NCBI GenBank assembly: GCA_905178155.1
Contig: CAJINV010000001.1
Span: 2,780,089 to 2,844,088 of the forward strand
From: Amoebophrya sp. A120
Taxonomy: Eukaryota > Protista > Dinoflagellata
DNA length: 64,000 nucleotides
Direction: 5' to 3'
Within the stretch, counting starts at the first letter, position 1. Every line of letters starts with the position of its first letter. Made by a program: the position numbers and the translations under genes. This document shows, one piece after another, positions 14,501 to 26,613 of this stretch. A model generated the notes under the pieces. That model was not told where the DNA came from, searched no databases, and was given only the letters and a program-made list of their open reading frames with translations.

Positions 14501-15935
14501 CTGCCGCTAGCGCAACAGGTGCAGAAATTAGCTAGTGCTTCCATGCTGGTGGGCCCCCACGGCGCGGTGTATGCGTGGGCCGCATTAAGCGAGTACAGAA
14601 CTCCTCCTTCCTCTTATGTGCATGGCATCTGCAGCGACAGAAGCAACAGCTTCCGCACGACAAATCTACACGCGTAGAGTAGTACTGTTTCGGGTTCTCG
14701 AAGCTTATCATCCAGAAAACACTGCCAGAAGGCACAGCTTGGATTTGGTATTTTGCATGACTTTGCGTAACAGCCATCGGCGGCTGTTTGCAAAAGGAAA
14801 GACAAATCGCGAGGCAAAGTGTTTCGCACTAATTCTGTTTAGCGTGACAAATGAGAGGGAGGGGGAGTGGTGTGCTCTCTTCATACTCGTTGTTGATGCC
14901 GTCGCCGTGCGCGGTTCTGGTCGAGATACTGGGCATGCAGTACAAGGTATGCATGGGAGTGTCATGTTGGGAATTCTGAAAATGTAAAAGTAAATCATTT
15001 TCTTTTGCGATGCATACAATCTCAATCAGTATCCTTTGGAACTGAACCCGCAATTTCGGGCAATTTTTAAGTGGCGCATGACAAATTTTCCAGGCACGGA
15101 ACGCCAATATGTCGTGCTCCTGTTGAGAGAAAAAGCTAAAGCAAGGTTTTTTTGTCATGCCTGCAGCAACCTATCCATGGCGCATGCTGATCCCAGTGAG
15201 TCAGAGTCTTACAATCTGCCTCAGTTGCCTCGAATGCAACACAGACATATGCGTGTGCTGCATTTCGTGCAAGTGCATTACAAGTTGATTTCCAACCTTA
15301 CGCTTCTATACAAGGGCCATCGGAACGTGGCGCTGTTGCGGAACCTGCAGCATGTGAACTACGTGCCAGCCTGGGCACCCAAGTGGGGAACCGATTCCTT
15401 CTCGTATGACACAAGCGAGCTACTATCCACTGCAAGTATGTCTGGGTCTGGAGCGTTATGATGCTAGTAGTACAAACTTGCATGAGTCAGAAACTTACTC
15501 CAGTACTTACGCAGCCACGAATGAAAAGTCGCGTTTTTGCATGCCACAGTGAGGAAGACGGACCGCTCGGGGTTACGTCGCAGTAATGAGAATGACGATG
15601 ATGATACTGATGATGATGACAAAGAGGGAACCCTAGTATCCCCTAAAATGCATCACAGAGTCTAGGGGAGTTGCGATCCGGCTGCATTATATTTGCATAT
15701 TCATATTGCATTTCCATGCAGATGGAGGGCGCAAGCCAATACAGTTACCTTACCATACCGTGCGAGAACATCAATGCAAATCTGGCAATCCTCTTCCAGG
15801 CCCAGACATCTTTGCATTTCATAGCTGCGCACCGAGTACAAAAAGTGGCGCACTTTGTTGCACGAATGCCAGCAAAGCGGCGGACCTCCCAAGCCCGTCC
15901 AGAGCAACGGGGGCAACGACGGGTCCGACCAGTAA
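11559..15935 (+). CDS. Glycosyltransferase family 61 (DUF563)-like protein, multi-exon
   Basis: The spliced C-terminus reads ASMLVGPHGAVYAWAAL|MPSPCAVLVEILGMQYK|GHRNVALLRNLQHVNY...TSEL|RTEYKKW...*, matching the GT61 pattern HGA..n..fm.p...viEi....y..la. The start and upstream exons (11559-13028, possibly earlier) are uncertain. Confidence 0.6.
13861..13992 (+). repeat. In-frame tandem duplication (69-bp and 63-bp units) inside the GT61-like exon
   Basis: ggattctgcaagccggc(a/g)cgtgatacaagcattccagccg... occurs twice and encodes DSASRHVIQAFQP... / DSASRRVIQAFQP... Confidence 0.9.
14587..14894 (+). other. Non-canonical intron of a different type (no TAT...ATA ends)
   Basis: Needed to join ...WAAL to MPSPCAVLVEI. 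It has a short IR (cgagtacagaa / ttcatactcg), a 2-nt repeat TT, and no GT-AG register at this junction. Boundaries are good to about +/-2 nt. Confidence 0.5.
14948..15310. mobile_element. Introner element with degenerate TIRs
   Basis: TAT...ATA ends and a perfect 5-bp TSD CAAGG, which supplies a GT-AG register. Removal gives MQYK|GHRN. Confidence 0.8.
15424..15823. mobile_element. Introner element, family A (400-bp variant)
   Basis: TIR tgcaagtatgtctgggtctgga / tccaggcccagacatctttgca, flanks gctac/gctgc. Removal restores TSEL|RTEYKK. Confidence 0.85.
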
Positions 15936-17221
15936 ATGAAAAAACAGGTCGTGCGCTCGCCGGTAAGATTCAACCACAATCAAACACCGCTACTAGCCGA
16001 ATAAACAAAGCCAGCCGGGTAGACGAAAGATGTTCTAGCTGTTGAAGCTGATGAGAACCGGCTTCGGTGAAGATATTACATATTTGGACCATAACATGTA
16101 CACAAACGTATAGCCATAGTTGTAGAAGCGGCGGGCGCTCCTGTACGTACAACGGTTCTGTGGGATGCTCAAGCACAGGGCGAGAGCTATCTGCGAAGCG
16201 AGGACTTGTTTTAAGAAAAAACTAGAATACAAGAAACGCCTTATTACCATGCTACCGACTGAGCAATCCTTCCCAAGGAATACGTGAGTGAGGAAGGAAG
16301 CAAAATGTAAGGACATGCACATGCACAATTGTAAAATCTGATCAACGTCTACTTCTACTGTCCTCGGCAATATGATCTATCAATTCGGATTCTCCCAGGA
16401 ATATCACTGATTTTAGGTTTCGTTCTTCCATGGAGGTAGAAACAAAAGCCCACTGAAAGCAACGGCTCGTCTACCGAAATTGATTGGGCTGGGCATGGCA
16501 TTTAGGGTAGGATGAAGAGCAAGAAGCAAAAGGATGCTGATGTCGTCCTTTAGTTGAGAAGTATATTTGATTAGCTGAATTATATAAGTTAGTTTAGCGC
16601 CCCTGCAAGGCGCCCGGTAGTACAAAGGCCCAAGTTCTAGTGGGCCTGGCGCAGAGCCCAGGAAAAAAAAGACAGACACGAAAGCGTCGCAGCCAGCCGC
16701 AGATGGGCGCGCCGGCCGTAGCGTAGGGCTCGCGCAACACGTCCGCTCGACGGCGTTCTGGCGTGTCGGCGGAGGGTCTTCCCTACATCCGCCTGTCTGC
16801 GCCAAGCGTTTTTGGAGGCGCTGGTGGTCCAGGCCGCCGAAGTGTCTGCTTCCTCCCTGGGCAGCAGACAAAGCCGATCCCGCGACCACTTGCATCCAGC
16901 GGGTGTTGTATTGCTAGGAAATATTGCAGGATGTTGGCGCACCCTTGGCCTGCGTGCGGCAGCGTGCCCGTTTGTTGTTCTTTTTGCGGACGAATTCCAA
17001 TTCGACAACGACAGCGTGGAGCGAAGTCTTTGGCTGCGTTCGGATAGAATTGCCACGGTTCTTTGGCGACTGGCAGGGTTTGAATCGTCAGACGAGTAAT
17101 ATGGAGCTTCTTCATTGTTTCGTAAACGACTCCCAGTTTGTTTGGCAGTAGCGGAAAAAACAGCTATACTAGAAGCTCACCTTCGCCGCCCACATAGCTC
17201 CTCCAACAAAAAAGCAAAAAA

Positions 17222-19217
17222 ATGGGTTGCTCCCAGTCCAAGAAGCCGTCTCTCAGCTCGGTCGTCCCGAACGAGGATGGTGGCTCCCCTGTGAAAACCG
17301 CCAATAAAAGTGAAGTTGCGGCGAAGGTCGGCTGCAGCAAAACCATCAAGCTTGACTCCTGGTTGACCCGAGTTCCGGTAGTGGACTGGGAGAAAAGCGA
17401 TGTGCACCGGTGGCCCGCGCGATCGGTAGATTGGGGGGACATGGAGAGATGGGAAGCCACTCTCAACGAAGACCTGGCACGTGAGGGAAAAGCAGCTGAT
17501 GTCGCGAGTGGAGGCAAGGAAAGGAAAGCTGCGCTTGCGGTAGAACTTTGTGTTTAGATAGAAGCAATTCAAAATAAACCTTTTGATTGAGATTCGTCGT
17601 GGTTGCAGAGAATTGAGATGCTGTGCATCACTTTAAGAAAATCACTCTCTCTCAGGGCCGCGAGGAAGAAGTCTTGGGGCGGTTGCGAAAGGAGTGCGGC
17701 GTAGCTTTCCAGTCAGACGATTTCTTGAAGAAGGCGCTGCGAACTCATCTGTAAGATCGTTGAGCACTTTTTGTATAAGAATGTTGTGTTTCAGGTTCCT
17801 ATGTTAGTTTACGTGACATAGCAGCTTCACATGTGTTGCGACGCAGAAGTGTTTTGACACTGACAAAAGAAGCCAAAACGCTTGAGCATCTCCTTTTCGG
17901 AAGTTCCTTGAACCTCTCGTCAGGTATCTTCAAGCCGATGAAGCTCGTGCAAGTTCCTCTTCAACGGCGGCAACCGCAGCGGATGTGCCGCGCGTGGCAC
18001 CGAGTAATATGATGACCTTCGCCCCATTCCCGATGTTCTCCGAAGTCGCGAAAGCCGACACTGCGAAACTAGATGCACTGGTCGCGGAGTGCCGGAAGGT
18101 GCCGATCATTTGGACGCCCTTGCCCACTGATGTGATCAAGCGAGACGAGGTTCCGGTTTTACACAGCAGCAGTTGTAGCTCTTCATCTTCAAAGTCAAAC
18201 TCGAACGCCCGCCCGGCGGAGACACTCCTAGAAGCTGTGGGAAGCAGTGAAATAATAAAACCCACGCGGAACAACACTAGTTCAGCCAGTAACTCTAACT
18301 CTTCTGCAAAAGAGGAGAACAAGACGATGACCACGGGCCTGACTTGTTCTAGTAGCGAAATAAATATACCTGGCAAGCCACTAGAAGATCCTGCTGTCGC
18401 TTCCACAAGCACGGTTTCCTCCTCCTCCTCCTCGTCTAGGAGCAAGGGCTCGGGAAAATCTGCTGGTAAAACTGCTGCGCAGTACAAGGCATACTACTCT
18501 TCGAAGAAAGGTAGTAAAGGCAAGAGCAACGGGAAGAAGCCCGGGGGAAAAAAAGGAATGTCGGATAACAAGGGGACAAAATCTGGGCCGGTGGTAACCT
18601 TTGCAAACAAGACACCGAATGATGAAGAAGACCACGAGGCGACGAAAAACAAAAACACAACTGTGCCACCGCCAGGTGGTCAACGTGTACCTACAACAGG
18701 CAAAGAACCCAAGATTGTCTCCTCCACTTCCACGCTGGCAACCCCGAGCAGGACCACTGGAATATTAAAATCGTCGCGCTTGAGAACGTTCGAAGAGAGG
18801 CGGCACAAAATGCTACCGAAGTTTGACCAGACCTACGCGCAGCGGTTCGAGAAGCTGACTCTGGAAGAGAGGCGGAAGAAGATAGCGTTGCGGAAAGCTT
18901 TTCTATTCCGCCTGCCGAAGAAAAGCAAACCGATTTTGCACGACCCGGACCCGGAATTCGGCTGTAAACCAGGCCGATTTTTTCTGTTCGGAAAAGAAGA
19001 CGACGTTTCGCCGAATAGATTAAAGTCGCCCGGACTGGATTCTAGCAGCTCCTCTTCCTCGTCTGGTAGTAGCAGCAGCAGCAGTGGGAGAAGTTCCTCG
19101 AGTTCTAGTAGTAGCAGTTCATCCGCCTCTAGTTCCGACACGAGTTCTTCTTCTTCCTCGAGCGGCGAGTCTTCCTCCTCTTCGAGTGGCAAAGGATCGC
19201 CGGCGCAGCCGAAGTAG
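17222..19217 (+). CDS. Hypothetical Ser/Lys-rich protein with an N-terminal MGCxxS acylation motif
   Basis: MGCSQSKK start (myristoylation plus palmitoylation consensus) and a long exon 17985-19217 with poly-Ser tracts. Internal exon junctions are uncertain. Confidence 0.5.
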
Positions 19218-20038
19218 GCTAGCAAGTCGCGAGGTAGGAGGACAACGGTTTTTGTTCACGCGTAAGAAGTATTTTGTGGGCATTCACAGTGAAGTGCTTG
19301 GGTGTGTTTCAAACTGTTTCTTGAATTGACAAAAAAAGCCCGAGAATAGAAGTCATTCTGTAAACAGTAACGGTTTCTCTGGAACTGGATGTAAAATCGG
19401 CATTATCAGAAGTTTCGAGGTGGAATAAAGAAGACATCGTTGGACAATTTTTGAAGGCCTTTGCAAAAAGGGCAGAAGGAATACGCCAGGTAACGAACAA
19501 TTCATGAAATAAGCTCGTGGCTTGCTGTCTAAGTCTATCGACGAGATGTGGGAGGGCAAAATGACTGCAGAGAACGTTTTCTGCACTTTGTGGCAAAGTT
19601 ATGCATCTGCACTGTTCTTTGTCCTACCAGTTACAGTTTATGCTGTTGGTCTTTGAAAAGTTGGGGAGAAAGAACGAAAAGGGGCCCAGTCGACTCGCGA
19701 AAGAAAAGTATTATTTAAAGTACATGATTCTTTTTGTGGTACGATGCAACCACGGACATCAAAAAGCGAAAAGCAAACCGGTCGTGATACAACATTTTTG
19801 CCGCTTATTCATGAAATTCACACCCCATTTCATTTTGGATTTTGGTTTTGCATTTTTATGTTGCGTAGCGCCTGCGCTTGTTTGAATTGACGTCTTTGTA
19901 CCATACAAACAGTTTATCGCAGCTTTTGGTTTTGCTCCCGCTTCACTATCAAATCCTGGGCCAGATTTCTCTCAAAAATCTTCTTGTTCTACGATAATAA
20001 TTTTTACCAGTGACAGGAAATAAAGCAATACATAAATC

Positions 20039-21660
20039 ATGGCGACGACGTTTCTGTCCTCGTTGTTTCAGACAAAGGACGAGCTGGTTCGGGATCTTGA
20101 CTTTGTCAGTGCGTGTGACGACGAGGTGGAGTCCGATGAACTGAAGGAAAAATTTATCCTATGCAAAAACGTCCCCACACCAGAGTCAAGATGGGGATCT
20201 CGCAACACAAATCTAGAAGCTTTGGGAGTCACGCATGACAAGTTCCTCTCTGCATTGTAGTGCAGTCTAGCAAGTGCAGCTACATCCCAAACCCATCTAC
20301 CCATCCTGTTTACAGCATTACAAATTCCAAAACACGACTAAAAAAGCCTCTCCTGGCGATGCGCATTACAAATGTTCCTGTCATTGCAAATCTGCATGAC
20401 AGCTCTGGTGCGGGGACATTTTTACTCAGGATAAAATTTGCCCGCATCAAGATGCGCATCGAACCCGTGCACCGGCTGGAGGAGCGAGCAACGGCGATGA
20501 AATACATTCAAGAGACGATCTACGACACCAAAAAGTGGCGGAAAGTGTACAACGGGCTTCGGCTACTGGAGAGGGTAAGCATGTACACGACGGTCGCTTC
20601 TACTTTTTCACAAATTATATCTCATTCTCTTTGTTCGCATCGATCATGATAGGGGGACCGGACCCACCAGTGCAGCCATTATTCCTGGTCTACATGATTT
20701 TCACTTTCTTGCAGCAGGCTGCAAATTGTCACGCAGAATACAACTCGCACACGACACGCCTCAGCCAATAACTTACGTGCGCTATTTCGCATAGGTTTCC
20801 GAGTTTTTCCCATTGCCATACACAAAGAATTGTACCTTCAGGTGATGCAAATTCAAATCCTGGCCGAGGAGCAGCGAGAAGGGCGTCACTTCGACGTGGT
20901 CCAGCAATGCAGCTTGCTGATGAATTTTTCGCACGAAGACAGCCGTGTGACGAATCTGGTGCGCCAGCGGGCAAAGCACGTGCGCGAGCGGTGTCTCGAC
21001 TTGCTGAACTTGACGGACACCAGTTCCGCCGCGGCGGGAAATAGTAGTAGTACTGCTGCCGCGGCGGGGGCAAGCACTAGTTCGTCCTCTACTGCGTCAC
21101 CGAGTGCGCAGCCCTGGTCTTCCATGAACAAAAGCAGCAGTGCAGCGTCTCCGGATGCAGGAGCTACTCGGAGCAGCCAAAACGGCTCAACGAACCTGCT
21201 GGACGACGACTTCAACGTGCAACAGTCGAACCCCTCCGCGGCACGGGGCAGCAGTTCTCTGGCAAATGCCAATAACGACCTCCTTGGCGGAGGTGCAGCT
21301 CCCAGTCCGGAAAACAAGTTCGCCCAGTCGGGCGGTCCTGCAGGTTCTTTACAACCCGGCCCAAACCGCGTGTACGCGAATTTTTACCAAAGCGACAAAC
21401 GCGGCGCGGCGCTGCAGAACAGTACTGGGAGTACGATCTGCTACACAAAGCACCGAGAGGACACCAGCAGCGAGGAGGACGACGACGACAAACCGCGCAG
21501 CAGCACCGGCGGCCCGGCCTATCCCCTCGGAATGGTACCGCCGCCCCCAGGAGGGGGAGCAAGCGCCGGATCATTCGCAACCACGGCTAGTAGTGCTGGT
21601 CCTGCTGTTCCCCCACCTCCGAGCAGCGCAACTACCGTTACGGATCTCATCGACTTGTGA
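20039..21660 (+). CDS. ENTH/VHS-like (epsin-like) trafficking adaptor
   Basis: Spliced product ...LKEK|FARIK...KKWRKVYNGLRLLER|VMQI...DSRVTNLVRQRAK resembles the ENTH helices (WRxVYKxLxLL, VRxxAK). The disordered tail has clathrin-box-like NLLDDD, DLL and DLIDL. GT-AG intron 20575-20841. Confidence 0.65.
20155..20433. mobile_element. Introner element, family C
   Basis: TIR tatcctatgcaaaaacgtccccacaccagag / ctctggtgcggggacatttttactcaggata and a perfect TSD AAATT. No GT/GC-AG register for exact excision. Confidence 0.9.
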
Positions 21661-22228
21661 GATGGGCTGTCGGTTTGTACTTTGTGTAGGAACTGTCGAT
21701 TCCTACTTTCTTCGCCAGGGGAGCCCGATGCAGGTCCTCCTCCCTGGTGTCGTGTGTGTGAGTCGACATGCAAGTGCGCTTACGTTGAAGATGATGTCCG
21801 GCTTCACGTAGAGTCACAGATCTGTGTAGGTATCGTAATGACGACACCAGACAAGACACACGTTAAAAGAAGTGTCTATTGCAGCTGGAGCATGTGCATG
21901 TTGCGCAAACAGAAAAGCCGCGAAGGTGGAATAGAAACTGAACAAGAGTCTTGATCTCAGATTGCCGAGGATCCCTCTTTGTTCCATTGTTTTATGTCAT
22001 CTGCGCAAGGTGTTTGACCGAAAATTGGAGGAGGTCGCAAGAGTTTGAGTTGGGCTGTACCTCCGAGGATGTTTCACTAGTTTGTGCGTACAGGCACCGG
22101 CGCCATTTTCTCTTTTCTATGCGTGCCGCACAGCGCAAAACGAGAGTGCCCCGAGACAAGATCTGCCTACCTCGTTCGAAAAGGCGAGGCCTGTTCTTGA
22201 GCCAAACTTAGTCAATTACTTTGCAACC

Positions 22229-23686
22229 ATGCCGAATACGAAGAACGCCGGGCGTCAGCCCAAGGTAAAGAAAAAGAAAGGCAGCGACAAGAAAACCGCA
22301 ACAGCCGGAAGCGCCAGCTCCACTGCACCAGTGCACCAGAAAAAGAAGCAGACAGGAGGAAACACTGCAGGAGCGGCCGCTGTAGGCACTGGCTCTGCAT
22401 CTTCGTCGTCCACTGCGTCTGTTGGAGCGAATTTCAGTTCGATTCAGCTTCCGGGACTTGAGCGAGATGCCATTCAGCTTCCGACCAAAGTAGTCAAAAA
22501 AGCTGAAAAAATCGCCAGTGATATGCTGGAATTCGCTTACTCGTGGGAGGGAGGCGGTATGTAAATTGAGATGCTGTAGTTAGACGTTTTTACGCTCTTT
22601 CCGCACCCTTGGCTTTGGCACGGTAAAAAGTTTGTATACCCTTGGCTTTGGCACGGTAAAGAGTGTTGCACGAAGTAGGTGACGAGGAGAAAAGTTTCTC
22701 TGCCATACACTCCAGACAAGAACTAGACCACGATCCATACAGGTTCTTCTCCCCTCGAGTCAAATAGTTGCTTTCATCAAATTTGAATACCATCGACGAC
22801 TTATCAGGCACCTCCTTGGGAAACGCTTTGTGGGAGGACCATCTCTTTGCGCACATTGACGCAGTCCGGAAAGAAGGTCGGATGGCCATCATGAGCTTGC
22901 TCGCCGCTCCGCCGTCTGGGAAAAATTACTCGGAACTCAGTGCTGACGAAAAGGATGCGAGGGACGTAGAACGGGAAAAGGTAAGTAGATACTGTGAATA
23001 CACCAAAGCACTTTTGATAATGTCCTTCTACCTGGCGCCGTGGGGTTTGTTTATCAAAAAGTCTTTACGACTACTATCCTTTTCTTGTGGCGCCATCTAC
23101 CACAAGCATATCGACGGCAATATTATGAATTCTGATTTTTTGCATTTGCTCCATCCAGGTGGACCACTCGCAACTTGGATACTTGCTCGGCATTGCGTTA
23201 TTCTTGGGGAGTGAAGACGGCCTCGCCCTTCTGGCGGACAATGACCTTTTAGAGGAGGACGAGGAGGCTGTGCAGGGGCTCTTCGACACCTTCGCCTTAA
23301 TTTTGACACAGATTCTACGGATGGCCGGGTGCAGACAGGCCAACAGTAAAAGCGCCGAGGAGATGAACGTGGAGTGCTCCTCGTCCTCTTCTGCGCGGGC
23401 CCGCCAGCGCTTGGGGCTGCGTTCCGAGCAGGACGAACAGACCCTGCTTGCGTTTCTCTTCAAAGTGCAAAAGGAAATCATCGATGAGTTCGGGGAGGAA
23501 ATCCTGCCCACGAAGATGGTTCAGAAAGTGGCGAAAGAAAAGAAGGACCAGCCCGTTCTTTTCGAACTTGTGGAAGTAGCACCCGATGAAGATGATGAAG
23601 ATGGCAGCGACGACATGGTGCCGATTGACCCAGAAGAAATGGCTGCCGCCTTGGCCGACCCGAATGGTGGCTGCGCCCAGCAGTGA
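22229..23686 (+). CDS. Multi-exon hypothetical protein with a basic N-terminus and an acidic C-terminus ending CAQQ
   Basis: Exons in ORFs 22082-22564, 22768-22980 and 23159-23686, with a GT-AG intron at 22981-23158. Terminal CAQQ* fits a CaaX prenylation motif. Confidence 0.5.
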
Positions 23687-24223
23687 GAAGTCCGGATCGG
23701 GCTAGTCACACAGGGGGAACGCAGGACGAGCAGAGAACCACCAAGTGGCAGTAAGAAGTTCTTGTTCCACCAAAGAATAAAAACAGGGCAGAAGAAGTCT
23801 TCAGTCAGAATGTTGACCGCCGCCCGCGTCTCTCTTCTGATCCTTCTCTGCGTTCAATTTTGTTCTGTGTGACAAGTTGCAGTTGGGTAAAGATTTTGCT
23901 ATTTTTTCGAGTGGAGCGGAATTTGATAGTACTTCAATTTATGCAGTTACTAAAACGTGCTGCGAATTTGTCGAGAAAAATCCAAAAACAGATCATAGCA
24001 AGTTCTTGCTCGGTGAAAAAATCAAGGCATTGGTCCCGACAACAAGAAAAGTCTGGGCACCCTGCATGCCAGGGTGCTGTTTGAACGGCGTTGCTACGTC
24101 TCAAAAGAGTATGAAAACAAAGATGATCGATCTGGTCTCTCTGTCGTCATCCGCCTCTTTGCCGCGCAGTCAAAGCAGTCCCATTCTATGGTAGTGTAAT
24201 TCATCGGCTTCAACATCGTCGGC

Positions 24224-25796
24224 TTGCTCAGTGCGGTGGGGCCGTTATCTTCTGGAATAGTGATCGCGACGGGGACGTGTCCTCCGATTACCATGCCGAG
24301 GCTGCCATCGACCATCCCTGCGTTTTGTACAAGGGCACCCTCCTCAGTCCCCCACGGCCCGCGCCTGTGGTGCGTTACGTCCTCGCCTAAAGCGCAGCTC
24401 ACCGCCGTGCTGGTGTTCCTCTCAACGTTTTTCCTGTCCGCGGTCGGTTCGGAATTTTCGGACACACACAATGAGGAGGTCGCTGTCGACCCGTCCGCTT
24501 CGATCAAAACGGAGCAGCGCATCGTGTTTGCGAGCAGTACTTTTACTTACGTCTCAAAATACCTATTTCATCTAGGATCTGATTCGTATGCAAACATGTT
24601 TCATGCATGACAAGGATATCATAATCAAACATAACCTTACAGCGGCCGACGGGTTGCGAGAGCAGGTCGAGGCTTTGCTCCACGAAAACAGGCTGCTCAC
24701 CGCAAAACTCCGGAATCATGAGCAGACCTACCGACTACAAAAAGCTGGGGCGAACGATAAGAAAAAAGAACCGGCTCTTGCGTCTGTGACCGCCAGTACT
24801 TCTTCCGCTCCTACATCCTTCATTGAGTACATGGTCACGACTTCGAGCGGCAATACTACCCAACCAGCGGTGGAAGAATACCAAAACCAAGGAACGGGTT
24901 CATCCGCGAGTCCAGCTTTTTCGGCTGCGCAAAAAACTACGAATGGGAGAGAAGATGAAGAGGAAGAAGCGACTGAGGTGAGCAACCTCCTGGATTTATT
25001 GGTGCGCAACGAACAGATCCGGGTTGCGGCCGAGCTGCGGCTGGAGGAAGCGGCGTCTAAAAGAAAACTCGCGGAACACCGCGAGCGGGTGGCGCAGCGG
25101 GAACTGGACAACGTCGACCAGGTGAGCAAGGGCGTGGTGGACATGCTGATGCAGCAACTGAAGAAGACGACGAGCTTGTTCTTTTCCTGGCTGGAGGAAG
25201 CCGGAAACGATTTCGTCGACACGTTGATTACCCACATGATCCAAGAGTTCAACCTGCGGGACAAGAACGGAGATTTGGTCCTGGACAAGGGCGAATGCCC
25301 GAAGCCGCCGGATGGCGCCGACCTGAATGAGGATGACAAACTCACCCCGGTGGAAGCGCTGGCGTATTTGCTCCAAAACATTACGCAGGACGCGGGGAAT
25401 GTGGTCCCGGGGGAGGCGACGACAAAGGACAAGGCGCAGTCGGGCCAGGGCAGTCTGTTGGAACTGGCCCAACATCAGAGTAGTTGGCGGACGTTTTGGT
25501 CTGATTGTTGGAGGAACAGCATGTGCGGCGTCGATGAGGCTGAGGCTTCCTTCGAAGAGGCTGGGGCTTCCTCCGAAACTGGCGAGACTGAGTCTTCCGT
25601 GGGAGATGTGCGGCGTCGAGAGTCTTTCTCCGATCTTTGCGGGATGTGCGGTTGTCCCGAGCGTCCCGACCGCAAAACCGAGATGGAAGAGCTGGAAGAA
25701 TGGGACCGGCGAAGATACCGTCCGCCACCATATGGATATGAACCCTTTCCCCTTGACCCTATGGATGCTGGAGCGCGGTCAATGAGAATGAATTGA
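24224..25796 (+). CDS. Hypothetical membrane-anchored coiled-coil protein
   Basis: Hydrophobic segment LTAVLVFLSTFFLSAV. GT-AG intron 24537-24642 joins IVFAS|TADGLR in frame. Start uncertain. Confidence 0.5.
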
Positions 25797-26613
25797 AACG
25801 GAGTGCGAAAAAACTGCAGCACCCTCATGTTTTATCCATCATGATTCGCGAGCAAAGAATTCTACTTACTTGTACCGGAGCGACTGTACTTGTCTTTTCC
25901 GAATAGATCAAAGACACTTGTTTTCTGCTGAATGACAGGGAGCAAAGAAAGGTTTGATCCGGGATGCTCGGACGCGGACCAGTGTGTTGCAGGTCGTCCT
26001 TGCTGAGCCGCTATTTGCCAATGGCAGTTGTAGTGTTGGCGGTTCTTTCTCGTCTGTTCTGCCTGCAATTGTTTGCAGCTTGTGCGGATAACGAAAGCAC
26101 ATGCCACAACTGTTGTAATGTCAGAGGGAACCAGGGACAGCACAGCGCAGAGCTGCACAGCTGTGGGAAGGGAAGAGGACGAGAGAGATACTGATACAGA
26201 ACTCCACTGAAGATTGACCGTGGGAGCACGGCGGTGCAGATGAGGAAAACTACGAGTGTAAAAAAATATGCACCGGGCAAGCGCGGGAAAAAGTTTTTTT
26301 TATTGCTCTACAAAAAGAAACTGCCTGCCAGCGACGAAAGAAGTAGATCCAAGACCGAAGAGCGCGCTATTAACATGCGCAATATCAGAACAAGAATGAC
26401 CCAACGTTGATATGGATATCTCTTGGTTCTCTCCTGCTCAAAAATACGTTCATCAGTTGGAACAAGCGCGGCCACCAGCAGCACGACGTGAGGACCCGAG
26501 CGTAAACACGGGATCGGCCCCCAGCCTTCCGCCAAGCGATTCAACCTCCCGTAGAGGCGCAACCATCATAAATTGCCTAGCACCGTAAAAAAACCCGGCA
26601 TCGCCACTTCAAG

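Noticed and set aside
22605-22660. 23-bp direct repeat acccttggctttggcacggtaaa (two copies)
   Set aside because: A local duplication inside an intron with no further copies or structure.
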